From Oligoflexales bacterium (GTDB lineage Bacteria > Bdellovibrionota_B > Oligoflexia > Oligoflexales > RGVZ01): DNA of 64,000 nt. A program made the translations under genes and the position numbers. The stretch is from the NCBI GenBank assembly GCA_947479535.1, contig CANJZQ010000009.1, forward strand, positions 5,748 through 69,747, read 5' to 3'. The notes beneath the pieces were generated by a model. The model was given only the letters and a program-made list of their open reading frames with translations. It was not told the origin of the DNA and did no database searches. Shown one piece after another: positions 28,586-37,933 of this stretch. The first letter of the stretch is position 1, and each line of letters starts with the position of its first letter.

Positions 28586-30832
28586 ATGGGTTTTAAGCCA
28601 ATCAGCCACCGCCTTGCCATGGCCCCGGCGATCTTCGTTGTGGTCTCTATTTTCAATCTGTTGGTTCCGATGACGCAGGAAGCCCGCGCAGAAGCCAAAT
28701 CCAGCTTTGGTGCCGGCCACGATCCTGGGCGCAACGGTCAAAAACCCCAGACCATCGCTGCGGCCAGCATGAGGCAACTCATGAGCCTGGTGGAGTACAT
28801 CGGTGGTGACTACGCCGGAGCCGTATCGGGCGAAGCCGGATCTGGAGGCAAAGTAATCCAGAAGACCGAATACGAGGAAATCACCCAGTTTAGCGAAGCC
28901 ACCCTTGAAGCTTTTGCCGTGGTGGCCAAGGCCCGCCCCAAAACCCCCGGCCTTGATTCCATTGAGCAAGAGTTGCGAGACCTTAAGGCAGCCGTTGCGG
29001 CCAAGAAAAGTCCCGCCGAGGTTCGTGCCCTCTCCCGGTCGGTACGAGAGCACCTGATCGATGCCTTTCAGCTGACTTTGGCGCCGGCTCAAGTTCCGCA
29101 AAAAGCTCTGGCTGTTGCTGCGTTTGAATCCAATTGTGCGGCCTGCCATGGTGCCGCAGGCCACGGCGACGGAGTTCTTTCCGCAAGGCTTGATCCGAAG
29201 CCACGTGATTTTGGTGACAGCAAATTTGCTCAGGGCAATTCGCCATTTCGCTCCTTGAACATCCTCCATACGGGCGTGGCAGGCACTCCCATGGCATCCT
29301 TTGTGGACCGCCTTTCGAGCAACGAAATGTGGAGCCTTTCCTTTTGGGTGAGTGGCCTGGCTCACGATCAAAGGGCAACCGTAGCGAATTTGCCCGATTC
29401 CGTGCAGAACGAACTGAAATCCAAAATCAGCCTGGAGTTGCTCTCGCGGGCTTCCGATCAAGAGCTCTCCAGCTGGGTCGCGGGCAACATTCAATCCCTT
29501 TCTAAATCCAAAACCACGCTCTCCGCTGTTGTTGCAGCCCTGCGGGTCGATGCCCCTTACGACGGAGATTTGGTTCGGAAGGTTGGTGCGGTGGCTGTAT
29601 CCGGCACCGTGACACAAAACGACTCAAGCTCAGGAAACGGAACCGAAGCCTCGCGCTCGATTTTGAATGCCAGGGCCGGCGTTGCCGAGGCGGTTTCGTT
29701 GGCGAATCGGGGTCAGTTTGACCATGCCAAATCAAGGCTTCTCGATGCCTACCTTGTCGGGTTTGAACCGGCAGAAAAGGCCCTCAGAATGGTGGATCCC
29801 GCCACGGTCGCCACGGTGGAAAAACAGTTTGTCGCAGCACGCTCGGTCTTCAATCCAGACGCGTCTGAATCTTTGCGTAGTGAGGCGGCTTCCAAATTAA
29901 ACCAGGCCCTGGATGACGCAATGAGTGTGGCTCAAAAAACAAATGCAGCTTCGTCTGTTAAAAGTGCAGACAACAGCGCCGGCGATTTTGTGATTAAAAT
30001 TTCACAAAAATCGATGGCCGATTTTTTTGGTTCTTTCCTGATTATCTTCCGCGAAGGTTTTGAAGCCTTCTTGATCATTGCGGCCCTTCTGGCCGCTCTT
30101 GGCAACATGGGCATGACCAGTGCCCGCAAGTGGATTCACGTTGGATGGAGTTCGGCGTTGGTCCTCGGAGTGGCGACCTTTTTTGTGCTCAACCGTTTGG
30201 CGCACCTATCGGGTATGGGCCGCGAGATGATGGAGGCCGTTGCCACCGGTCTTGCCGCCGCCGTTTTATTCTATGTTGGGTTTTGGATGCTGTCTCAGGC
30301 GGAGCGTTCCCATTGGGACAAATTCATCCGCGGTGGGGCTCGCGAGGCCGTGACCTCTGGCAAGGTTTGGACTTTGGCAGGATTGGCTTTCATTGCGGTC
30401 TACCGGGAAGCCGCCGAAACCGTCCTGTTTTACAATGCCCTCTCCAACAGCGCATCGTCGGGCATGGCCGTCGCTGGGGGATTCATCACGGGCGCGGTCA
30501 GTCTTGGCGGCATTTGTTTTGGCATCCAGCGCTATGGCCTACGCATGCCATTGCGTAAATTTTTCTTGAGCACGAGCGTTCTAATGGTGACCCTTGCCGT
30601 TATTTTGGCAGGAAAGTCGGTTGCAGAGATTATAGAGGCCGGCATGCTGGAGCCCGTAAGAATCGGATTTGTCCCTACATTAGATTTGCTCGGGATTTAT
30701 CCTTACCTCCAGACATTACTAGCCCAAGGGGTTTTGTTGGGTCTCGCGGTCGGAATCTGGGCGTGGAAGAAGCAAACGGCCTCCAAAATCGCTTCGTTGG
30801 CCTTGTCCACTGTTGAGCGGTCTGGTAACTAA
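28586..30832 (+). CDS. Cytochrome c / FTR1 iron permease fusion
   Basis: CAACH heme motif; FTR1 REGFE and REAAE motifs in the C-terminal membrane domain. Confidence 0.9.
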   Translation: MGFKPISHRLAMAPAIFVVVSIFNLLVPMTQEARAEAKSSFGAGHDPGRNGQKPQTIAAASMRQLMSLVEYIGGDYAGAVSGEAGSGGKVIQKTEYEEITQFSEATLEAFAVVAKARPKTPGLDSIEQELRDLKAAVAAKKSPAEVRALSRSVREHLIDAFQLTLAPAQVPQKALAVAAFESNCAACHGAAGHGDGVLSARLDPKPRDFGDSKFAQGNSPFRSLNILHTGVAGTPMASFVDRLSSNEMWSLSFWVSGLAHDQRATVANLPDSVQNELKSKISLELLSRASDQELSSWVAGNIQSLSKSKTTLSAVVAALRVDAPYDGDLVRKVGAVAVSGTVTQNDSSSGNGTEASRSILNARAGVAEAVSLANRGQFDHAKSRLLDAYLVGFEPAEKALRMVDPATVATVEKQFVAARSVFNPDASESLRSEAASKLNQALDDAMSVAQKTNAASSVKSADNSAGDFVIKISQKSMADFFGSFLIIFREGFEAFLIIAALLAALGNMGMTSARKWIHVGWSSALVLGVATFFVLNRLAHLSGMGREMMEAVATGLAAAVLFYVGFWMLSQAERSHWDKFIRGGAREAVTSGKVWTLAGLAFIAVYREAAETVLFYNALSNSASSGMAVAGGFITGAVSLGGICFGIQRYGLRMPLRKFFLSTSVLMVTLAVILAGKSVAEIIEAGMLEPVRIGFVPTLDLLGIYPYLQTLLAQGVLLGLAVGIWAWKKQTASKIASLALSTVERSGN

Positions 30833-30848
30833 CCATTTCCCTTCATTG

Positions 30849-30923
30849 GGTCCCGTAGTGAAACGGATATCATACCGCCCTCCGAAGGCGTAGTTGCAGG
30901 TTCGATTCCTGCCGGGACCACCA
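30849..30923 (+). tRNA. tRNA-Arg(CCG)
   Basis: Acceptor stem GGTCCCG/CGGGACC, D-loop with GG-A20, anticodon loop CTCCGAA, T-arm GCAGG-TTCGATT-CCTGC, encoded CCA. Confidence 0.93.
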
Positions 30924-30964
30924 CATGCTGCTCTTGTCAACCATCCGGTGTTTGTGATTTTCCC

Positions 30965-31135
30965 GTGCCCAGCAAGAAAAAAGAAAACCTCCCGTCAAAA
31001 TTGTGTGTTGTCTGTGGCCGCCCATTTTCTTGGCGGAAGAAGTGGGAACGAAACTGGAATGAAGTGAAGTATTGCTCGGAAGCTTGCCGAAAGAATCGGA
31101 GCAAACCCCGCGAAGGCATCATGACGGACCGTTAA
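30965..31135 (+). CDS. DUF2256-family small zinc-binding protein (not in the ORF track)
   Basis: Hand translation: MPSKKKENLPSKLCVVCGRPFSWRKKWERNWNEVKYCSEACRKNRSKPREGIMTDR. Confidence 0.88.
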   Translation: MPSKKKENLPSKLCVVCGRPFSWRKKWERNWNEVKYCSEACRKNRSKPREGIMTDR

Positions 31136-31203
31136 CCATCCGCAAAGGTTGGGCAAATTTTTGCATCGCCATTCTGTGTTGCGTCCAGGCCTCAACCTGA
31201 GCA

Positions 31204-31253
31204 GTCATCCTGAGCGACGGACTGTCGTCATCCTGAGCGCCAGCGAAGGATCT
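31204..31253 (+). repeat. CGTC-type REP-like palindromic element with a partial tandem copy
   Basis: GTCATCCTGAGCG occurs at 31204 and 31227. Full unit CGTCATCCTGAGCGCCAGCGAAGGATCT with an ATCCT/AGGAT stem. Confidence 0.7.
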
Positions 31254-31275
31254 CTTCATTGGGAGTTTTCTTATT

Positions 31276-32364
31276 ATGACAACGTCCCTCAACTTACTAA
31301 AAACCATCGGAATAAATTTCGCGTTCGCCTTGGGTTTCACCGAAATGGCCCAGGCCGCTGGCCCGCACTCTGCCCTGCCGATTTCAGCGCCAGCACCAGC
31401 AGGCAATCCGGTGACTCCAGAGAAAATCGAACTGGGAAAAAAACTCTACTTCGACCCACGCCTTTCAGCAGACGGAACGGTTTCTTGCAACAGCTGTCAC
31501 AATGTGATGAGTGGGGGTGACGACAACCTGCCCGTCAGTGTCGGAATCCGTGGGCAAAAGGGTGGTCGTTCGGCCCCAACGGTTTGGAACTCAGCTTTCA
31601 TGTCCGTTCAGTTTTGGGATGGGCGGGCAGCCTCTTTAGAGGATCAGGCAAAAGGTCCACTGACCAATCCGATTGAGATGGGAATGAAAGATCACGCGGC
31701 CGTTATGAAAGTCGTTTCCGAAATCCCGGAATACAACGACGAATTTAGAGCGGCCTTTCCTGGCGAAAAAAATCCCCTAAACATCGACAATCTGGCAAAA
31801 GCCATCGCAACTTTTGAACGGACCCTGATCACTACAAAAAGCCGTTTCGATCAATTTCTGGATGGCAATGAAAGTTCTTTGACCGCTGTGGAAAAGCATG
31901 GCTATGAACTGGCACAGTCGGTGGGCTGTTTTAGTTGCCATTCCGGAGTAAATTTTGCCGGCCCAACCCTGCCCGAAGGCACCGGCTTTTTCCAGAAGTT
32001 CCCGACTTATGAAAACAACAAGTATGTGAAGCAGTACCGCCTCAAGGATGATGTCGGACGTTTCGCTGTCACGAAAAATGTGTCGGACCGTAACAGGTGG
32101 CGCGTGCCAACGTGGCGTAATATTGCTTTGACGGCGCCATACTTCCATAACGGCTCGGTAGCCTCTTTGGATGAGGCTGTACGCGTCATGGCAAAAACAC
32201 AACTCGACCGGGATTTGGGCGAAGATGACGTGGCTGCCATCGTCGTTTTCATGCGCAGCCTGACCGGGGAATTTCCCAAGATCGAAATGCCACGTTTGCC
32301 GGCAACTCCTGGATTCTCGGTCTCTGTGAAGCCATCTCCGATCGGCTCCAAGAAGCGGCTTTGA
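31276..32364 (+). CDS. Di-heme cytochrome c peroxidase
   Basis: LGKKLYFDPRLS, CNSCH, QFWDGRA, NPIEM, CFSCH, PYFHNG. Confidence 0.95.
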   Translation: MTTSLNLLKTIGINFAFALGFTEMAQAAGPHSALPISAPAPAGNPVTPEKIELGKKLYFDPRLSADGTVSCNSCHNVMSGGDDNLPVSVGIRGQKGGRSAPTVWNSAFMSVQFWDGRAASLEDQAKGPLTNPIEMGMKDHAAVMKVVSEIPEYNDEFRAAFPGEKNPLNIDNLAKAIATFERTLITTKSRFDQFLDGNESSLTAVEKHGYELAQSVGCFSCHSGVNFAGPTLPEGTGFFQKFPTYENNKYVKQYRLKDDVGRFAVTKNVSDRNRWRVPTWRNIALTAPYFHNGSVASLDEAVRVMAKTQLDRDLGEDDVAAIVVFMRSLTGEFPKIEMPRLPATPGFSVSVKPSPIGSKKRL

Positions 32365-32385
32365 CTCCTGCTCTTGGGCGCGGAT

Positions 32386-33273
32386 TCAGGACTTCAACGT
32401 GATTTTCCAAAGGGTCAGGCTGGCCTTGACTGTTTCGAGGATCGCAGGTGGTATGCTGGCGGCGCTGGCCGAAGTCACCTTCATGGTGTCATCAAACTGA
32501 GGGACGCGTTCGGCTTGCAGTCCCTCCGCTGTTAAAAATTCACGGAATTCTGTTTCGTTCTCAAAAGCCTCGGACAGCATGGCCCGGCCTGTGGCTTCGG
32601 CAATGGCTGAAAGAACCTTTTCTGTGTCGGGACTCATCTTTCCCCACTGAGCCATGCTGGCACGGAAATCAAAGTCCGGCGTAATCCAGACGCCGCCAAA
32701 TTTTTTCAAGACGTTTTTGATGTTGTGGGTCGCTTTAATTTTTTCCTGACGAGAAAAATACTGCAGCAGCCCTTCGTGAATGATGACGACAGGTTTCTTT
32801 GGGTCCAATCGCTCTGCAGCCTTCTCAAGATCCACCGGGTTTAACACGTTGGCTTCGGCGAAAATCAAATTAGGCCGCACGCTATTGGCCGATTTTCCCG
32901 TAATCGCCTCCACAATACGTAACTTTTCCTGTGTGATTCCCGGGAGGTCTGTTTCGATGTATCGCATAGTAGGATCTGCCGTCATCGTCAGGCCACGCAG
33001 GGATATTCCACTGGCAAGTTCCATGACCTGCTTGATGCCTGACTTTTTTATTTCCCGCAGGAGACTTTTGTAGCGCATCTCAAGAATCGGTGCGCCCCAC
33101 AACGTCTGTTCCGGATTAATTTGAAGTGGGGCCATCATTTTGTGGACGGCAGCGTAGGCTTGCGAAAGTTCTGAAGACTCCTTTGCATAGGGGATGTCTG
33201 AATAAGACCTCCACCATGCAACGAGTTTCGCAGTCGGACTGATAAGACTATGGTCGGAATGGAATTGATTCAT
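32386..33273 (-). CDS. Class I SAM-dependent methyltransferase (LCM-like)
   Basis: QVMELASG, YIETDLP, IIHEGLLQYF, GGVWITPD. Confidence 0.8.
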   Translation of the reverse strand: MNQFHSDHSLISPTAKLVAWWRSYSDIPYAKESSELSQAYAAVHKMMAPLQINPEQTLWGAPILEMRYKSLLREIKKSGIKQVMELASGISLRGLTMTADPTMRYIETDLPGITQEKLRIVEAITGKSANSVRPNLIFAEANVLNPVDLEKAAERLDPKKPVVIIHEGLLQYFSRQEKIKATHNIKNVLKKFGGVWITPDFDFRASMAQWGKMSPDTEKVLSAIAEATGRAMLSEAFENETEFREFLTAEGLQAERVPQFDDTMKVTSASAASIPPAILETVKASLTLWKITLKS

Positions 33274-33279
33274 GATGTC

Positions 33280-35034
33280 CTACTTTTTCAAGAGTGACAC
33301 GCTGCGGGCGTGGCTTGGTGAATTGTTTTGGTCGTATCCGAATGCGCGTTCGGGTGTTGCATGGGAACCGGCAGGAAATACGACGTAGAAGAACTTCCGC
33401 CCGGCCGGGGTGGCATCAGATACAATTTCGGTGCCAATTGAACGATCTGATATGCATGCTGTTGCGGCGCTCGCTTTGACGCCACAAATCTCCAATGAGG
33501 TCATGCTTTGAGGCGCACTGAATACCGCGACAGTCCCACCGTCGACCAAACCTGAAGGGCGCGCCTCTGCGGGCACCTGATCATAATCAAGGACGGCCAT
33601 CTTTATGTCAGGATCGCGTGAGGTGGCGGCAAATTTGTTGGCGTAGTCATCTTCAGATCCAACGATGCCGGCGTGGTGTGAAAGGAATGCGAGGATCAGG
33701 CGGGCAACCCTAACGGCAAGGCCCGGGGAAGTTGCATTGGCAAGGGTGTCGTTCGCGGTGTGCATGTTCATGTTGTAGGCCGCAGGGTTTTCGAAGGGGA
33801 AGACAGTCGGGACCCCAGCACGGTACCAGCTTCTGTGGTCGGATGTGCCACCGACGTGTTGCCCCAAATCAGAAAAATTTCCGCCCAGATAAGTCGTCAA
33901 CAGATCCTTCGCGGAACGGCGCAGGATGGCGTTCGTATCATCGTGGAACAGGTGGATAGTTTCACTTGTGCCGTCTTGTGCGTAAGACGCCATGTCAACC
34001 TGGAGCATGGCCGATACTTTTTTGCCGTCTGCGGCGTAGCTGTTTGCGATTTGTCCGCTGCCGATCAGTCCAATCTCCTCGGCGCCATAGGCATGCCACT
34101 CGACGCGACGCTTGAATCGAACGTTGTTTGCGGCGAGAACGCGCATGGTTTCGGCAAGGATGGCAACTCCGGAGGCATTGTCGTCGGCTCCAGGCGCATT
34201 GCTTTGGTCTGAGTGGTTGATGCTGTCGAGGTGCGATCCAATCACAACGATTGTTGTATCGTCCGTGGCTCCTGTAAGTCCAGAAACCACAGAGGGTTGA
34301 TTTGCTGCGATTCCTGTGTGGCTGACCTGCGCTGTGGAAATGATGCCAGACGACCAGCTGGATCCGGCATACGCGCCGCGAAAAATAGCTTCAACCTGGT
34401 TCGATGCCGCCGGTCCCGATGCCCCTGAGTAATAACGACTGGATAGGCCCTGCAGGGTGGTCATGGTGGAGGTGATGTTGGCGGCGGCTGCATTTGAAAA
34501 CAAGCCCCCGGCTGCCGAAAGCTTTATGGTTTCATCGTAGACTGGCGGCGTAATGGCAGCTGAAGTGGTTTGCGCGCGGTTGATTTCACAGGTGGTCAGC
34601 CCCGGTCCGCTGATGACTTCGATTCCGGCGCAGCCACCTTGACCGCCTCCGTGGGTTTTTCCCGCGAGGGCTTCAAGTTCACTGATTGATTCAACGCGCA
34701 GAAAGGTTTCGGAGGCAAGGAGCGAAGGGCTGTGAAAGGACTTCATACGCACCAGATAAGGAACATTTTGATCCGGTGCCTTGGTGCAGTGCGGCGTGGC
34801 CGTTTTATTCGCATGGGTCAGGTGTGCGGAATGGCTTTCAGCTGGATCTGATACCGCCCAGCGCGAGCCCTCCCAATCCGTCGTGCCATCCCATCCTGCA
34901 GGAATGAGTGCAGTCATTGAGCTTATGCTGCGATCTGAATTACCTGATTTTCCACAATTGGCAGCCATGCTCAGACCAACGAATGTTGCGGCGAGAACCG
35001 CGATGCGCAAGGTCTGTGAAAATTTATCAGCCAT
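33280..35034 (-). CDS. Exported M28 aminopeptidase with C-terminal extension
   Basis: SHLDS, GADDNASG, AEEIGL, QVDM, SDH, HTANDT; lipobox-like AANC. Confidence 0.9.
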   Translation of the reverse strand: MADKFSQTLRIAVLAATFVGLSMAANCGKSGNSDRSISSMTALIPAGWDGTTDWEGSRWAVSDPAESHSAHLTHANKTATPHCTKAPDQNVPYLVRMKSFHSPSLLASETFLRVESISELEALAGKTHGGGQGGCAGIEVISGPGLTTCEINRAQTTSAAITPPVYDETIKLSAAGGLFSNAAAANITSTMTTLQGLSSRYYSGASGPAASNQVEAIFRGAYAGSSWSSGIISTAQVSHTGIAANQPSVVSGLTGATDDTTIVVIGSHLDSINHSDQSNAPGADDNASGVAILAETMRVLAANNVRFKRRVEWHAYGAEEIGLIGSGQIANSYAADGKKVSAMLQVDMASYAQDGTSETIHLFHDDTNAILRRSAKDLLTTYLGGNFSDLGQHVGGTSDHRSWYRAGVPTVFPFENPAAYNMNMHTANDTLANATSPGLAVRVARLILAFLSHHAGIVGSEDDYANKFAATSRDPDIKMAVLDYDQVPAEARPSGLVDGGTVAVFSAPQSMTSLEICGVKASAATACISDRSIGTEIVSDATPAGRKFFYVVFPAGSHATPERAFGYDQNNSPSHARSVSLLKK

Positions 35035-35045
35035 GACCGTCCGTT

Positions 35046-36767
35046 TCAAAATATCGGGGTGCCTTCGCAGTCTTTTGGCGTGTTCAGCTTAAGTTGGCGG
35101 GCAAAAGTTGGGACAGCCTGCACCAGTGAGACGACAGTTCCACGATCAATTTGCGGTTTAATCCCAGGGCCCCGGAACATCAGGGCGGTCAGCATCGATG
35201 GCGACTCGGGATTGTGCCCGTGCATTCCAGGAACTTTCGGTGGAAGGAAAGTCTTTTTTTCCAGGGAGTTGTTGTTGAACCATATGCCATCTTCCGAGCG
35301 GAAGGCCCAGATGGCATCGCCATAGTTCCAGTCTGACGGCTTAGCCGTTGCACGCTCTACTGCCATTTCCACCACGGGTTTGTCGTGCCAGAAGATTTTT
35401 CCCAAAGCCTCTTTCACGGTCTCACCCGTTTTTTTTGCAAGGACTGGATCGATGAAGTCGTTTTTCGGGTAGAGGTAGAGCATCGAATCCGACGCGTAAA
35501 CATCGACGTTTTCCTCGATATTCGGGGGAAGCAGTGGCGCAACGTTGAAATTCGTGGTCGTTGCAGTCATGCCGTGGTCACCCATGAGGGCTACAACATC
35601 ATTTTGCCTCCTCGTGGATAGAACTTTTGCCAGGTTGTCATCGACGCGTTTGAAGGCATTGCGGTAGGCAACCGTGACGGGGTCATTGGCTTTCAAACTT
35701 CCAGTGTCAGGCAACTTGTTTTGGAATCCGTGTCCAGTGGAGTCCAAGAGCGGCTGGTAGAATAAAACAAGATCAGGGTTGAATTCAGGAATGGCGCGGC
35801 TTGCCACTTCGGCAAGGAAGTCATCCAGAATTCCCTGAACCGCAACAGCCTCTGACGGCTCCAGTCCCGCATCAAGGCCCTTGATATTCACATCGGGCCA
35901 CACAAGGCCCGCCTTCTCAAGGCTGGCACGGAATGATTCGGGGAAGGCTTCGTTATAAGAAGCCCGGGAGATCAAATAGGTGTTTGGTTGGCCGGAAACA
36001 AGCCGGATCACGATCCGGCGGAGACGCTCACCGTCATGGATGAGCAAGTTGGCAGGCTTGTGGGCCTCGGCCACCCCGGGTAATTTGAGGCGATGCGCAG
36101 CACCCTGAAGGTCGACGTAGTTCACCGTTGAGCCAGATCCTGAGGCATGAAAATGAAGGCTTAATTTAATGTTTTTTTCAGGATTAAGAACGATATCGGT
36201 GTCAACAGGTGCGACATCACCCCGCGGCACCGCCACAATGGCTGGCTTTCCCATTCTGGATTCGTCGGGATAAGTGATCCCAAGGTCAGCAGTCCGTTCT
36301 GGGGTCGTTCCGTCCATGCCGACATAGGCGAAGGAGGCCACCTTGCGTCCTTGGCGGCGTGCAGCCTCCCACATGGTCTCGCTTTGGAATGGTTCCTTGA
36401 ATCCACTTATCTTTCGATGATTTCGTAGAAAATGATTGCCGTGGATGCCATGGCGCGCCGGGGAAGAGCAAGTTGAGGTTCCCGCGTGGCTCGCGGCTGT
36501 GATCGAAATAACATGGGCTTTGGCCCTGGGATAAACGGCGCCACCACTCCAAAGTGACCGAAAACCCTCGGGATTGGCTTCAGGCCGACCGACGTAGGAC
36601 TCAAGCAATTGCGGCTGCAATCCGTCGATTGAAATGAAGTACCCCCGCTGCACCGGGGCTGCTTGAAGGGTGAGGGCTGCAGCAAAAAGATAAACTGCCG
36701 GCAAGGTGACAATGATTGCGCGCATGGATATCCCGTCAAAGAAGGCCCTTGGGATAAAGGGCGTCAA
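35046..36767 (-). CDS. Alkaline phosphatase superfamily (nucleotide pyrophosphatase/phosphodiesterase)
   Basis: ISIDG, ITAASH, DSTGH, GDHGM, GMHG; signal peptide. Confidence 0.88.
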   Translation of the reverse strand: MTPFIPRAFFDGISMRAIIVTLPAVYLFAAALTLQAAPVQRGYFISIDGLQPQLLESYVGRPEANPEGFRSLWSGGAVYPRAKAHVISITAASHAGTSTCSSPARHGIHGNHFLRNHRKISGFKEPFQSETMWEAARRQGRKVASFAYVGMDGTTPERTADLGITYPDESRMGKPAIVAVPRGDVAPVDTDIVLNPEKNIKLSLHFHASGSGSTVNYVDLQGAAHRLKLPGVAEAHKPANLLIHDGERLRRIVIRLVSGQPNTYLISRASYNEAFPESFRASLEKAGLVWPDVNIKGLDAGLEPSEAVAVQGILDDFLAEVASRAIPEFNPDLVLFYQPLLDSTGHGFQNKLPDTGSLKANDPVTVAYRNAFKRVDDNLAKVLSTRRQNDVVALMGDHGMTATTTNFNVAPLLPPNIEENVDVYASDSMLYLYPKNDFIDPVLAKKTGETVKEALGKIFWHDKPVVEMAVERATAKPSDWNYGDAIWAFRSEDGIWFNNNSLEKKTFLPPKVPGMHGHNPESPSMLTALMFRGPGIKPQIDRGTVVSLVQAVPTFARQLKLNTPKDCEGTPIF

Positions 36768-37822
36768 AGTGGAAACGGATCCCGGTATTGTACCTTGAAA
36801 CCTGCCGCACGCGCAGTCGAAAGGATTCGCTCAAAATCGTGCGTTATCGTTGCGCCGGCTTTTTGAGTCACTTCGTCCTCAGTTGGGAGATCGAAGTCGT
36901 TGGCACCGAATTTCAAACCTTCAAGCCCCTTTTCATTCTGGGTCAGGACCGAGGTTCGGATGTTCTCAAAGTTATCGAGGAAAATCCGACAAACAGCCAA
37001 CCACCTCAGGTATTCACGCGAACTGATTTCTTTGCCACCAAGCTCGTTGTTCCATGGTTTGTAGGTCCAGCAGAGAAAACTCGGAAGTTTGCGCGGGGCG
37101 CTGTCTTGAAAGGAGCGCAAGGCCTCGAGGTGATTGAGTCGCTCATCCAGTGATTCGTCGAATCCAATGACTTGAGTCGCTGTCGAGCCAAGCCCAGCCC
37201 TGAGGATGGCGTCTTGCGCCTTGAAATAATCTGCGACCTTGAATTTACCGGGGCTATGACGCATGCGAAAGGCATCGTCCAGGATTTCGGCTCCGCCGCC
37301 GGTCACCCACCGGGTGCCTGCGTCCTTGAGCAAGGTCGCTCCCTGATCGTAGGTAAGTTTGCTCAGTTTGCAGGAAAACATGAATTCAGCGACGGTCATT
37401 TCAAAGAACTCGAGATCGCCGTGGTAGCGTTCCCGAACGCGGGAAAAAAGCTCGGCATAGTCCTTGAGTTGAAGTTTTGGATGAAAGCCTCCGTTGAAGC
37501 TGACGAGGGTGCCGCCAAAAGCCCGAAGGGCATCGATCCTTTCGCAAACTTGATTGAAATTGAGCAAATAGGTGCCGGCTTGGTGGGGCAACCGGTAAAA
37601 CGAGCAGTAATCGCATTTGGCGACACAGACGTTTGTATAATTGACGATGGCCATGATCAGATAGGTTGCAACGTCGCCGGCATGGAACCTTTTTTTTGCC
37701 GCAGTGGCGAGTTCTGAAAGAAGCTGGTCGGATGCTTCGGTGAACAGGAACATGGCCTCGGAACGGCTGATTCGTTCCTTGTTCCCAACCTTGGTGGCGA
37801 TGCAATTGAGGTTTTTTTCCAT
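36764..37822 (-). CDS. mqnC: CofH/MqnC-family radical SAM enzyme (probable dehypoxanthine futalosine cyclase)
   Basis: NYTNVCVAKCDYCSFYR, GGGAEILDD, STAT..IG..E, GANDF. Confidence 0.8.
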   Translation of the reverse strand: MEKNLNCIATKVGNKERISRSEAMFLFTEASDQLLSELATAAKKRFHAGDVATYLIMAIVNYTNVCVAKCDYCSFYRLPHQAGTYLLNFNQVCERIDALRAFGGTLVSFNGGFHPKLQLKDYAELFSRVRERYHGDLEFFEMTVAEFMFSCKLSKLTYDQGATLLKDAGTRWVTGGGAEILDDAFRMRHSPGKFKVADYFKAQDAILRAGLGSTATQVIGFDESLDERLNHLEALRSFQDSAPRKLPSFLCWTYKPWNNELGGKEISSREYLRWLAVCRIFLDNFENIRTSVLTQNEKGLEGLKFGANDFDLPTEDEVTQKAGATITHDFERILSTARAAGFKVQYRDPFPL

Positions 37823-37933
37823 GAGTCACCTGCCTGTTCAGCCCGAATCTAGCCATTTTCCGGGGGAAATGTCGATCCAAAGGGGCTTGCAATTTGCGTC
37901 CATTGCCAATAAAGACCCGGCGACGGAGGCACG

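Noticed and set aside
28586-30832. Cytochrome c-FTR1 fusion as a novelty
   Set aside because: This domain architecture is already known in many proteobacteria.
31204-31253. Direct repeat as a possible CRISPR remnant
   Set aside because: Only two 13-nt copies separated by 10 nt; no spacer-length units and no cas genes.
30849-36767. Possible genomic island integrated at tRNA-Arg
   Set aside because: No integrase, no duplicated tRNA 3' end seen, and the downstream genes are ordinary metabolic genes.
37883-37899. GG-N10-GC sigma-54-like promoter upstream of the hemerythrin gene
   Set aside because: The spacing fits but the -24 element (TGGCAC) matches poorly; too weak to call.
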